Shown: positions 36,516 to 45,525 of the stretch, one piece after another
Numbering within the stretch: the stretch's first letter is position 1
Layout: the number at the start of each line of letters is the position of its first letter
Assembly (NCBI GenBank): GCA_938084905.1
Contig: CALKEQ010000013.1
Span: 3,786 to 67,785 of the forward strand
Source of the DNA: an uncultured bacterium
GTDB taxonomy: Bacteria > Desulfobacterota > Syntrophorhabdia > Syntrophorhabdales > JANXAF01
Direction: 5' to 3'
DNA: 64,000 nucleotides
Notes under the pieces: model-generated
The model's database searches: none
Seen by the model: the letters and a program-made list of their open reading frames with translations, nothing else
What the model was told of the DNA's origin: nothing
Position numbers and translations under genes: made by a program

Positions 36516-37705
36516 GTAAGAACCTGTCTCGATTTGGAAGTAAGTGCTAAGACGGCTTCCTTTAATCCATCAAGTGTAAGTTCAAACATTGGAAATATTT
36601 TTCGTATAGCATTGACTGTCGGGTGATTCCATAGAGCCTTGGGGGTTGGATTTAACCATACCGAATAGGGAAAATGTTCTCTCAATCTTTTAAGCCATTC
36701 GATTCCCGGCCTGTCATTTGTGTAAAAGTAATCTATGCACCCGTTTACGTCAAAGAGTTCAGAGTAAGCCATTCTCGCATCTCCCACTATTATGACCTTG
36801 TAACCGCTGTGGAAATTAACGAAGAGTTTTTCAGTGGGTACCCTTTTGTAGTTTGCAATATCCTCGAAAACGTCCTGATAAATACAGTTGTGAAAGTAAT
36901 AGTACCTAAATTCTTTAAAATGCTCCATCTGAGAGGCTGCGGAAAAAAGTCTCTCGCAAAGGTTGGTGTAAGGGAGCATTGAGCCGCCTGTGTCCATAAG
37001 AAGGATCAACCTTACGGAGTTCTCCCTTGAACGCCTAAAGACCAGTTCCAATTCCCCGCCTTCCTTCGCTGTCTTTTCTATGGTTCCTTCAAGGTCAAGC
37101 TCCTCCTCTCCCTCCCTTTTTAACTCTCTAAGTCTTTTTAAGGCCATTTTTATCTGTCTCACATCGAGTATGAGGTCGTTCCTGTAGTTTTTATATCTCC
37201 TCTCGTAAGCGACTTTTATGGCTGACTGCATGTACGACTCCCCACCAACCCTAATCCCCCCCGGTTGGTAGCCATAAGCTCCAAAAGGGGATCTTCCGCC
37301 TGTCCCTATCCATTTGTTACCTCCGTCATGCCTCTCCTTCTGTTCTTTTAGCCTCTTTTGGAATTCTCTCAACATTTCTTCAATGTTTACCTTCTGTCTT
37401 TTTAATTCCTCCATTTCTTCGGGAGTCAGAGGGGGTAAACCATTTTTAGGATTTTCAAGCCACTTTAAGACTTTCTCTATTTCTATATCCTCCGTTTGTA
37501 TCCCTCCGAAGTACTCCTGAAAAGCAAGGTCAAACATATCATAAAAGGCCTCATTTTTAACGAGTAAAGCTCTACCTATGTAATAGAGGTGGTTAAGGCT
37601 AGATTTAAAGAGACCTAGATGAAGAGCCTCAACGAATGAGAGCCACTCCTTAATGGTTACAGGCACACCCTTCTCTCTCAGCTTATAGAAAAAGCCTGTG
37701 AACAT
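36512..37705 (-). CDS. VWA domain-containing CoxE-like protein
   Basis: N-terminal FFYKLREKGVPVTIKEWLSFVEAL. A C-terminal VWA with a MIDAS-like region (LLMDTGGSM). Start overlaps the MoxR stop (TGATG). Confidence 0.8.
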   Translation of the reverse strand: MFTGFFYKLREKGVPVTIKEWLSFVEALHLGLFKSSLNHLYYIGRALLVKNEAFYDMFDLAFQEYFGGIQTEDIEIEKVLKWLENPKNGLPPLTPEEMEELKRQKVNIEEMLREFQKRLKEQKERHDGGNKWIGTGGRSPFGAYGYQPGGIRVGGESYMQSAIKVAYERRYKNYRNDLILDVRQIKMALKRLRELKREGEEELDLEGTIEKTAKEGGELELVFRRSRENSVRLILLMDTGGSMLPYTNLCERLFSAASQMEHFKEFRYYYFHNCIYQDVFEDIANYKRVPTEKLFVNFHSGYKVIIVGDARMAYSELFDVNGCIDYFYTNDRPGIEWLKRLREHFPYSVWLNPTPKALWNHPTVNAIRKIFPMFELTLDGLKEAVLALTSKSRQVLT

Positions 37706-38556
37706 CAGATGAACCTTCTTTTTACTTCGTAACTCCCCCTTTGATTCATAATAAAACGTTCCAGTCTTTGCGTATCCTGTTCACACTTAAGGAGGGTTCC
37801 AATAAAGGGGATTTCCCTCTCTATCCTTTCAGGATCAACCCCGCCGATACGTAGGGCCTTTATCCAGTCGAGAAGCTCACTGGTGGATGGCTTCTTCCTA
37901 AGCCCGTCTATTTCTCTTATCCAGTAAAATTTCTTTATGGCCTCTCTTATCAGTTTTGTCTCTATATCTGGAAAATGAACTTTCACTATCTGCTCCATCA
38001 TCTCCGGGGTTGGAAATTCAATGTAGTGGAAGATGCATCTCCTCAGAAACGCATCCGGCAGTTCCTTCTCCGCATTACTCGTTATGACGACTATAGGTCT
38101 GTGTTTGGCTTTTATCTCTTCGTTCAGCTCGGGGATGAAGAAGGACATTTCGTCTAGTTCATTGAGCAGGTCATTTGGAAATTCAATATCGGCTTTGTCT
38201 ATCTCATCTATAAGGAGAACAACCTGTTCTTCTGAGACGAATGCCTCCCCGAGTTTTCCAAGCTTTATGTACCGTCTTATATCAGATACATCCCTGTCGC
38301 CGAATCTAGCGTCATTCAGCCGCTGAACAGTATCATAAAAGTAGAGTCCGTCTTTTGCCTTTGTGGTCGATTTGATGTTCCAGACAATCAGTTTCTTATT
38401 GAGAGCTTCGGCTATACTGTGGGCTAAGAGGGTTTTCCCAGTGCCGGGTTCCCCTTTGATCAAAAGGGGCTTGCCAAGAACTATTGCCACATTTACTATC
38501 TCCATGAGCTCTTTTGAAGCTATGTATTTGCTACTTCCCCTGTATTCGTGGCCCAT
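37705..38556 (-). CDS. MoxR-like AAA+ ATPase (AAA_5)
   Basis: Walker A GEPGTGKT and Walker B LLIDEIDK, plus PDAFLRRC. ATG 38556 has a GGGGGA SD; TTG 38568 is the alternative start. Confidence 0.88.
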   Translation of the reverse strand: MGHEYRGSSKYIASKELMEIVNVAIVLGKPLLIKGEPGTGKTLLAHSIAEALNKKLIVWNIKSTTKAKDGLYFYDTVQRLNDARFGDRDVSDIRRYIKLGKLGEAFVSEEQVVLLIDEIDKADIEFPNDLLNELDEMSFFIPELNEEIKAKHRPIVVITSNAEKELPDAFLRRCIFHYIEFPTPEMMEQIVKVHFPDIETKLIREAIKKFYWIREIDGLRKKPSTSELLDWIKALRIGGVDPERIEREIPFIGTLLKCEQDTQRLERFIMNQRGSYEVKRRFI

Positions 38557-38649
38557 GACTTCCCCCAAATAAAGTGAAAAAAATCACGAATAGTATATTA
38601 CGAGCAGAAACTTTTTGTCAAAGTTTTTCCAATTCAAAGGGCTAATACG

Positions 38650-38678
38650 TTGATTGAAAAGGAAACCTTCGATATAAT
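38650..38678 (+). promoter_or_regulatory. Putative promoter placing the transcription start site (TSS) at the GTG start of the FmdB gene
   Basis: TTGATT (38650-38655)-N17-TATAAT (38673-38678), with exactly 6 nt to GTG 38685. Confidence 0.5.
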
Positions 38679-38684
38679 TTCTTT

Positions 38685-39041
38685 GTGCCAATATACGAGT
38701 ACAGCTGTAACAAGTGTGGCAAGGTTTCCACATTCATTTCTCTTAGGGTTAGTGAGGTTATTGAGCCTTACTGTAAGTTCTGCGGAAATAGGGATCTTCG
38801 GAAGCTGATCTCAAAAGTAGCCGTTCTAAAAACCGAGGAGAAGCGATTAGAAAGTCTTCTTGATTCATCTAAATTTTCGGAGTTGGATGAAAAGGATCCA
38901 AGGAGTATTGAAAAAATTTTAAGGAGGATGGGAAAAGAACTCGGTTCAGAAGTTGGGGACGACTTTGAGGCTTCTCTTGAAGAAGCGTTTTCTCAGGTTG
39001 ACGAACAGGAAAGAGAAGACCTCAGAGAAGAAGATGAGTAG
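38685..39041 (+). CDS. FmdB-family zinc-ribbon protein
   Basis: MPIYEYSCNKCG...CKFCG is the family signature. Acidic C-terminal tail. GTG start. Confidence 0.88.
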   Translation: MPIYEYSCNKCGKVSTFISLRVSEVIEPYCKFCGNRDLRKLISKVAVLKTEEKRLESLLDSSKFSELDEKDPRSIEKILRRMGKELGSEVGDDFEASLEEAFSQVDEQEREDLREEDE

Positions 39042-39630
39042 AACCCTTCCCCTTTCTTAAGATCTCCACTCTGTCCTCTACGAGCCTCACTATGGTTGAT
39101 GGGTCTCCCACAAGGGTTCCTCCGTCTATTACAAGGTCAATTAAGCCTTTAAATCTCTTTTCTATTTCCCTCGGTTCGGTGAGAATTTCCTCTCCAGATA
39201 CTTTCGCACTTGTGTTTATTACTGGCCTGCCCAATAAGGCCACAAGTCCTATTGGAACGGCGTGTGCTGGTATTCTTATTCCTATTTCCCTTTTTTTTGT
39301 CATCATGATCTTAGGTACTATCTTTTTCGCCCTAAGAACAACTGTGTATGGGCCCGGAAGAATGGACCTCATTATCCGGAATGCAAAATCGTTCACCACA
39401 GCGTATGTACTTACTTCTTCGAAGGATCTGCAGATAAGAGTCATTGCTTTTTTTTCGTCCATCTTTTTTATTTGGTAGAGTTTTCTTATGGCTTTTACAT
39501 TGTAAAAGTCGCAGCCGAGACCGTACAAAGTGTCTGTAGGATAGGCTATGACTCCGCCGGAAAGAAGGACTTCCCTTATCTTTTCAGTCGCACTCTTTTT
39601 CGGTCTCTCCGGACGCCATTCCAAAATCAT
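39022..39630 (-). CDS. Sua5/YciO/YrdC/YwlC-family protein, YciO-like subfamily
   Basis: YPTDTLYGLGCD. MTLICRSFEEVSTYAVVNDFAFRIM...PGPYTVVL...IGIRIP closely tracks the remembered E. coli YciO rather than TsaC. Confidence 0.85.
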   Translation of the reverse strand: MILEWRPERPKKSATEKIREVLLSGGVIAYPTDTLYGLGCDFYNVKAIRKLYQIKKMDEKKAMTLICRSFEEVSTYAVVNDFAFRIMRSILPGPYTVVLRAKKIVPKIMMTKKREIGIRIPAHAVPIGLVALLGRPVINTSAKVSGEEILTEPREIEKRFKGLIDLVIDGGTLVGDPSTIVRLVEDRVEILRKGKGSTHLLL

Positions 39631-40226
39631 CTCTTTATCCCCACAAATCTCGCTAAAGCCTTTAGTTTTTGATTATACATGAATAAACCCTCTTCGTAGA
39701 AAATAGGCTCAAAGTCATCAAAGAGAGAGTAAAGTTCGCCATCTTCAAGTAAGAATTCGGGATTTCTTGGCCTATCTATCATGTTCTGCCTTTTTAAAAA
39801 TGTTTCGTAGATCACAACTCCGCCTGGCTTTAGAAGTTTTTTGATCTCCTTCACAACATCTCTCATAAAGAAGTAAAAAACGACTATTCCCCCAAATGCC
39901 TCTTCTTTGAATGGGAGTAAGGACGCATCAGCCCTCACAAGTAGAGTATTTTTCAGCCCTCGCTCTTTTAGCTTTTCTTTGGCCATCTTCAGTGCCTCAA
40001 AAGAGATGTCCAATCCGACCATCTTATATCCTTTTTCGGCCATAAATGAGGTATCTCTTCCAGTCCCCATTGCAATTTCGAGAACAGGACCAATCTTGAT
40101 GTATTTGTAATACCTTTTTAGAAGCCAGTGGGTTTCAGGAAAAGACGGATAGAACCCCTCTCTGTACCTTCTCTCCCATTCCTCCTTCACTTTCATGATT
40201 CTACGGTAGATTTTTGATCTTTTCAA
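39627..40226 (-). CDS. Class I SAM-dependent methyltransferase
   Basis: Motif I VLEIAMGTGRD and post-I GLDIS. TTG 40226 or ATG 40196 are possible starts. Confidence 0.8.
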   Translation of the reverse strand: MKRSKIYRRIMKVKEEWERRYREGFYPSFPETHWLLKRYYKYIKIGPVLEIAMGTGRDTSFMAEKGYKMVGLDISFEALKMAKEKLKERGLKNTLLVRADASLLPFKEEAFGGIVVFYFFMRDVVKEIKKLLKPGGVVIYETFLKRQNMIDRPRNPEFLLEDGELYSLFDDFEPIFYEEGLFMYNQKLKALARFVGIKR

Positions 40227-40247
40227 TGGTATATATGGAAAAAAACG

Positions 40248-40886
40248 ATGGATATCGTCTTTTTTGACTGTGACGGAACTTTAACTCCTATAAAGAGCAG
40301 TTGGGAGTATCTGCACAGGCGTCTCAATCTCTGGGATGGATTGGCTGAGAAATTCCAGACGCTTTACTTGGAAGGGAAGATAGATTATCACGAATTTTGT
40401 AAGATGGATGCTATGCTCTGGAAAGGAATCCATTTGGATGAGGTACTAAGAATCGTGAGTGAAGTCCCTTTGACAAAAGGTGCCTTTGAGATGGTGAAAG
40501 CTTTTAAGGAAATGGGCATTCTTACAGTGATAGTCTCAACTGGCATATCCTTCTTTGTAAATAGAATAAAGGAATTACTTGGAATCGATTATGCGGAAGC
40601 AAATGAACTCCTCTTTTCCAATGGGCGTCTCACAGGAGAGGTGAAGATAAATGTGGAACAAAACAGAAAGGACATAGTTGTGAAAAGGATCCTTAAGAAA
40701 TATGGAATAGCTAAGGAAAAGGCAATAGCAGTTGGAGACGGGCCTGGGGACATAAGCATGTTTCAGAGTGTTGGTCTACCGATAGGATTCAATCCGGACA
40801 AAACTCTCATGGCACACACAAAATACCAAGTCTTCGGAGAGGATCTCTCAGATGTTATCCCGTTGATAAAAAAGTTCAGGAGATGA
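40248..40886 (+). CDS. HAD-IB family phosphatase (phosphoserine phosphatase-like)
   Basis: FFDCDGTLT (DxDGT), VSTG, VGDGPGD. Confidence 0.82.
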   Translation: MDIVFFDCDGTLTPIKSSWEYLHRRLNLWDGLAEKFQTLYLEGKIDYHEFCKMDAMLWKGIHLDEVLRIVSEVPLTKGAFEMVKAFKEMGILTVIVSTGISFFVNRIKELLGIDYAEANELLFSNGRLTGEVKINVEQNRKDIVVKRILKKYGIAKEKAIAVGDGPGDISMFQSVGLPIGFNPDKTLMAHTKYQVFGEDLSDVIPLIKKFRR

Positions 40887-41338
40887 AGGCCTTATCCTAC
40901 TTTGGAATTTTTTTAATGTTACTTACTCTTTCATCTTGCGCTCCAAAGAAAGTAAAGTTTTACGATACTCAAGAGGCTCTAAGAGGAAGGGTGGTTGATC
41001 TATCCATTTCCCTTATAGGAAAACCTTACTCTCCTGGGGGCAAAGGGCCTGATCGATTCGACTGTAGCGGCCTTATTCACTACGTTTATAGATCAGTGAA
41101 TATAATTCTCCCTTTGACAACTGAAAGGCTAATAAATGTGGGAGTTGAGGTCACAAGGGAAAGTGCGATGCCGGCAGATATTGTGATTTTTAAGATCAAA
41201 AAGGAGTTACACGCAGGAATCATGATAAACAGGGATGAGTTCGTTCACGCATCCAAATCTAGAGGTGTTGCCGTAGACACGCTTCGTTCCCCTTACTGGG
41301 AAAAAAACGTTCTCACATTCAGATCTGTCATCTTCTGA
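40883..41338 (+). CDS. NlpC/P60 (C40) peptidase lipoprotein
   Basis: Lipobox LTLSSC. Catalytic FDCSGLIHYVY and downstream His residues (HAGIM, VHAS). Confidence 0.88.
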   Translation: MKALSYFGIFLMLLTLSSCAPKKVKFYDTQEALRGRVVDLSISLIGKPYSPGGKGPDRFDCSGLIHYVYRSVNIILPLTTERLINVGVEVTRESAMPADIVIFKIKKELHAGIMINRDEFVHASKSRGVAVDTLRSPYWEKNVLTFRSVIF

Positions 41339-41398
41339 TTTACACGCCGTGCCTTTCTGTGATATAGAAGAGTTTGACAATCAAGCGAGGAGGGAGAA

Positions 41399-41866
41399 AT
41401 GAAAGAGCCTGTACTTGACGGAAAAAAGATTCTAGCAGTGGACGACGAGCCTGATGTGCTTCAGGTGTTGAAGGAGGAAATTCTCGACGCATGTGAAACC
41501 TGTAAGTTTGAGGAGGCGACTACCTTCGAGGAGGCAAAGGAAAAGCTGGAGAAGAACGATTACGATATAGTCATACTTGACATAATGGGTGTGAGAGGCT
41601 TCGATCTTCTTGAAATGGCGGTGAAAAAGAATATGAAAGTTGTGATGCTTACTGCCCATTCTCTTAACTCTGACTCTCTTAAGCGTTCGTACGAAATGAA
41701 GGCAAGGGCCTATCTGCCCAAAAATAAACTTGGAGAAATTGTTCCTTTTCTTAAGGACGTTTTAACAAGCGAGTATGAGTCAGGCTGGAGAAAGATTCTT
41801 AAAAAACTCGAGAAGTTTTTTGATGAGGAATTTGAACCAGACTGGAGAAGAAAGATAGGTTATTAA
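41399..41866 (+). CDS. Stand-alone response-regulator receiver protein
   Basis: ILAVDDEPD, phosphoacceptor context VILDIMG, LTAH, YLPK. No output domain; only a ~35-aa tail. Confidence 0.88.
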   Translation: MKEPVLDGKKILAVDDEPDVLQVLKEEILDACETCKFEEATTFEEAKEKLEKNDYDIVILDIMGVRGFDLLEMAVKKNMKVVMLTAHSLNSDSLKRSYEMKARAYLPKNKLGEIVPFLKDVLTSEYESGWRKILKKLEKFFDEEFEPDWRRKIGY

Positions 41867-42855
41867 AACAGGGACTTTATATACTCAACAAGTTTCGGTG
41901 CGCATACCTCGACAGTGTAATTGGATAAAACCTTTTCCCTTCCCCTCTCGCCCATCTCCCTTCTGAGAAGGGGATCCTTAACGAGGATTGATATTTTTTC
42001 CACCCACTCATCTTTACTTTCCGCCCAGAAACCGTTGATACCGTCTTCTACTATCTCTCTGTTTATTCCAACGGGTGTGCATACGCATGGAATCCCCATC
42101 CCCATGTACTGGATTATCTTAAAGCCACATTTTCCTTGAGACCAGAGGTCAAAAAAGAGAGGCATGACTCCTATGTCAATTTTTGCGAGCTCTTCAACCT
42201 CTTTTTCGAGACTCCATTCGACTTTTCTTACTTTTATGTGCTCTGCCTCTATTGAAGTGTCACATATAACCGTAAGAGATACGTTTTTGAACCTCTTCCC
42301 TATTTCTTCCCATACGTCTCTATAACTCCTTAAGTAATGAATGCTTCCGTGATCCCCTATCCATCCGAGTGTGACTTCATCTTTAGCTTTTTCCTCTCTC
42401 CTGTAATATCTTCTTCCCTCGATAGGGGTAGGCAAAACCCGAACGTTCCTACTGTATTTTTCCGCCTCAGTTTTTAAAAAGTTGTTTCCCGCAATGACCA
42501 GATCAGAAAAACGCATCACCCTTTTGAAGCTCATCTTCCTTCTTAAAGAATAGGGATTTTTGGATAAAGAGTTCCTAAACATAACCGCATCGTCAAAATC
42601 GTAAATGATCTTCTTTTTTGCCAGTTTTAAAAGAGTGAGAACAGTAAGTGGTGGCCTCTTCCTTTGAAAGAAGACTCCATCGCAATTCTCAAAATGCTTA
42701 AGAGTCCTTAGCCAGCCAAAAAGATTCCGTGGATATTCTACCACCTCTGCGCCCACATCCCAATCTTTCAGGTAAGGAAGATACTGAAGTACCCGTAGTC
42801 TACTGGCAGCCACTTTCTTTCCTTGTATGAAAAAAAGAAGCTTTATTTTGCCCAT
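41863..42855 (-). CDS. Glycosyltransferase family 4 (GT-B, Glycos_transf_1)
   Basis: The C-terminal half (GVMPLF...GFKIIQYMGMGIPCVCTPVGINREIVEDGINGFWA) resembles the E-x7-E region of GT4 enzymes. Confidence 0.8.
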   Translation of the reverse strand: MGKIKLLFFIQGKKVAASRLRVLQYLPYLKDWDVGAEVVEYPRNLFGWLRTLKHFENCDGVFFQRKRPPLTVLTLLKLAKKKIIYDFDDAVMFRNSLSKNPYSLRRKMSFKRVMRFSDLVIAGNNFLKTEAEKYSRNVRVLPTPIEGRRYYRREEKAKDEVTLGWIGDHGSIHYLRSYRDVWEEIGKRFKNVSLTVICDTSIEAEHIKVRKVEWSLEKEVEELAKIDIGVMPLFFDLWSQGKCGFKIIQYMGMGIPCVCTPVGINREIVEDGINGFWAESKDEWVEKISILVKDPLLRREMGERGREKVLSNYTVEVCAPKLVEYIKSLF

Positions 42856-44255
42856 TGTTCTATCCTCAACCCGCCAATTCCCTCATAAACAATTTCTTCC
42901 TTTCTTGACCCTTCCACTACCCTTTTTAAAATCTCCTTCCTCTCTTTTTTTGAATATGCCTTTATAGATGCTAATGCCCTTAAACGATCAGTCACCGAGA
43001 CGGCTTTAGGGATCGTGGTATTGAGTTTTACAAGCATCCTCACCGTATCTTCCACTTTCACCTTTTTAAAAACTATGTCTTCAACATCGAGAAGGAAAAA
43101 ACTCATACCCTCTGTCACGTAAATGTTACAACCCTTCAGATCCCTATGAGCTATTCCGTTTTTGACCATTTTCAAAAAAAAATTTGAGAAGGCTTTTATA
43201 AAAGCGATTCTCTCCTTTAGGGGTAGATTTTTGTAAGGACCATCCAGAAAACGATCCATCTCCATCCCACCAAAACTCCCAAGATCTTCCATTAATATGT
43301 ACCCGTGAGAAAAAAGATGGGGAGGCCTCATGGAAAAAACCCTCGGAGCAATTGGCAACCTAAGGTATTCAAGGACTACGCTGTTAACCCATGCCTTTTT
43401 CAGTCTCAAAGGACTCTTATAGATCTTTTTTAGACAGTTTGTGTATTTTAGAATTTGAACCTTTCTATCCATCTTCAGAGTACGGACGAACTGACCTTCT
43501 CCAATATCCTCAAAACCTCTTAATGCTATTTTGTCCTTAGTACGCAACACAATAGAGCTTCTGTTCATGGCCCTTTTCATCTTTTTTTTTATCCATCTTG
43601 CTCTCAAGGTCTCAAGTTTTTTCTCAAGTGAGCTCCGAACATCCGGCGATCCGTAAAAAAAGAAGAAGTTCTCTTTTTCTTTTTCACTCATCTCGTCGTA
43701 AATCATATTCAGTGCATGAGAAAGATTAGAAATCTCGTCTTTCCTTTTGAGTCCCTTCTTTACGCTGATTTTATGCAGGTCCACAAGAACCAGGCGGTCC
43801 CCAATTAGCATCAGATTATTTAAATGGAGGTCATTGTGTCTTATCCCTTTGAACTTCAAATTTTTCAAAAAATCTGCAAGCCTCCTAAGGAGGGGAATGC
43901 GGTTTTCTGACGCCCTAAATACGTCTAGGTAGGTTTCTCCGGGTAGGTATTGGAGAACTGAAAATGAGCCAAAATTTGTAATTCCATATCCAAAAAAAGT
44001 GGGCGTATCTATGCCCAGTTTTTTCAACTTCTTGAACACCTTGAACTCTTTTTTCGCTCTCGGAAAAAACAAGTTTCTTAAGTACCCTATCAACCCTCCT
44101 TCCCTGAAGAATTTGACGAAGATCTTTTCCCCTCCTTCCGCATTTACCACTTTGTATCCTCTTCGTAGCTCAAACCTTTCATTTCTTAAGACTTCTTTTA
44201 CCTTTTCATCCTCAACGTACCATTTTATAGCGTCTCCTTTCACTTCCCCTCCCAT
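42843..44255 (-). CDS. Tandem (two-domain) lipopolysaccharide kinase (Kdo/WaaP/InaA family) protein
   Basis: Two kinase-like units. Unit 1 has KIFVKFF...IRHNDLHLNNLML...LVDLH. Unit 2 has CLKKIYK...YILMEDL...IAHRDLKGCNIYV...LLDVED. Confidence 0.8.
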   Translation of the reverse strand: MGGEVKGDAIKWYVEDEKVKEVLRNERFELRRGYKVVNAEGGEKIFVKFFREGGLIGYLRNLFFPRAKKEFKVFKKLKKLGIDTPTFFGYGITNFGSFSVLQYLPGETYLDVFRASENRIPLLRRLADFLKNLKFKGIRHNDLHLNNLMLIGDRLVLVDLHKISVKKGLKRKDEISNLSHALNMIYDEMSEKEKENFFFFYGSPDVRSSLEKKLETLRARWIKKKMKRAMNRSSIVLRTKDKIALRGFEDIGEGQFVRTLKMDRKVQILKYTNCLKKIYKSPLRLKKAWVNSVVLEYLRLPIAPRVFSMRPPHLFSHGYILMEDLGSFGGMEMDRFLDGPYKNLPLKERIAFIKAFSNFFLKMVKNGIAHRDLKGCNIYVTEGMSFFLLDVEDIVFKKVKVEDTVRMLVKLNTTIPKAVSVTDRLRALASIKAYSKKERKEILKRVVEGSRKEEIVYEGIGGLRIEQWAK

Positions 44256-44477
44256 GTAAAATCCCCCTTGGACTTAAGATATTCGAGGGAAGTTCCGACT
44301 TATGAGCACTGACTCTATTTCGCTGTAACTGACAACTTGTGCCTTAAAACGCAACTCACCCTCAAAAAAGGCAAAAATTAACTAGTCGAAGGTTCCTCTC
44401 CTTTAATTGGCTCAAAGATTTATTTCCGGATAAGAACAGTTACTTTTGGCAAAAATTCCCTCCAACTCATCTGACAC

Positions 44478-45410
44478 TCAAGAGAGAAAAGCAACTCCTA
44501 GAATTGCCGCGGCGTCACCAAGCGTTGAAGCCTCTATAATTAGGTTTCTCTTACTTTCGGGCATAGCCCTCTGCTCTACTATTTTTTTTGCTTCTTTTAG
44601 TAGCTTTTTGCTCCCTTTTATGACACCTCCACCCACGATTATCAAATCAGGATTGAAAATGTTTGCAATGTTCGTTAAAGCACAGCCAAGGTACTCTATA
44701 ACTTCCTCCCATATTCCTTTTACGGCCCTATCTCCAAGATAGTAGGCTTTCTCCACATGAGATACTTTTAAAGGTTCTCCATCCGTGAGAAGCCTCCCAA
44801 TCTTACCAACGTACCCTTCGTCTAAGAGTCTTTTTACCCTCCCTATTATGTAATCACCTCCGCAGAACGCTTCGAAGCACCCTCTTGATCCACAGTTGCA
44901 AGGGTATCCTCTGGGATTGAGAATCATGTGCCCTATTTCACCTCCAAAACCGCTTCCTCTGAAAAGCTTCCTATCCGCAATAATTCCCCCTCCAACACCC
45001 GTACCTAAGAAAACGCCAATTACATTTTCTGGCTTACCGCCAAAAGAAAACTTCCACTCTCCATAGGTTGCGGCGTTTACGTCATTCTCAACAAAGGTCC
45101 TAACAGAAAAAAAAGATTCTATATCCTTCCCTATCGGCACATTTTCCCATTTCAGATTAGGTGAAAACTTGATAATGCCTGTTTTTACGTCAATTTGACC
45201 CGCACAGGCGATTCCTATTCCCGTTAGGTCTTCGATCTTTACCCTATTTATTGAGAGTACCCGGATAACCGTATCTAAGATCTTCTCTTTAACGTGGTCG
45301 TAACCCTTATCCTTCTCAGTCTCTATTTTTTCAAAATACAGGATTTTCCCATCCTCATCCAGAAGCCCAAATGCAATCTTCGTCCCCCCTAAATCGATTC
45401 CCAATCTCAT
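44478..45410 (-). CDS. ROK-family glucokinase
   Basis: LGIDLGGTKI, GTGVGGG, and the zinc motif GHM...CNCGSRGCFEAFCG. Confidence 0.9.
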   Translation of the reverse strand: MRLGIDLGGTKIAFGLLDEDGKILYFEKIETEKDKGYDHVKEKILDTVIRVLSINRVKIEDLTGIGIACAGQIDVKTGIIKFSPNLKWENVPIGKDIESFFSVRTFVENDVNAATYGEWKFSFGGKPENVIGVFLGTGVGGGIIADRKLFRGSGFGGEIGHMILNPRGYPCNCGSRGCFEAFCGGDYIIGRVKRLLDEGYVGKIGRLLTDGEPLKVSHVEKAYYLGDRAVKGIWEEVIEYLGCALTNIANIFNPDLIIVGGGVIKGSKKLLKEAKKIVEQRAMPESKRNLIIEASTLGDAAAILGVAFLS

Positions 45411-45525
45411 TTTTTAAGATTTTCCATAACTTTTTCCACACTTCCTTGTTAATTTGACAGATGAAGAGGTTGTTTAATAATATAACGCCATGCAAAAAAA
45501 TCTCAAGCAAAAAGGAGTTGGCTTC

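Noticed and set aside
39092-39672. Two plus-strand ORFs (128 aa and 136 aa) antisense to the YciO-like gene
   Set aside because: The minus-strand reading gives a near full-length match to YciO-family motifs, and the plus-strand products are hydrophobic low-complexity artefacts.
42843-44255. Idea that the tandem kinase is a Hanks-type Ser/Thr kinase partner of the PASTA-only protein
   Set aside because: Its motifs and context (overlapping a glycosyltransferase) fit the Kdo/WaaP/InaA LPS-kinase family. It has no TM segment and is about 27 kb from the PASTA gene, so nothing in the sequence links them.
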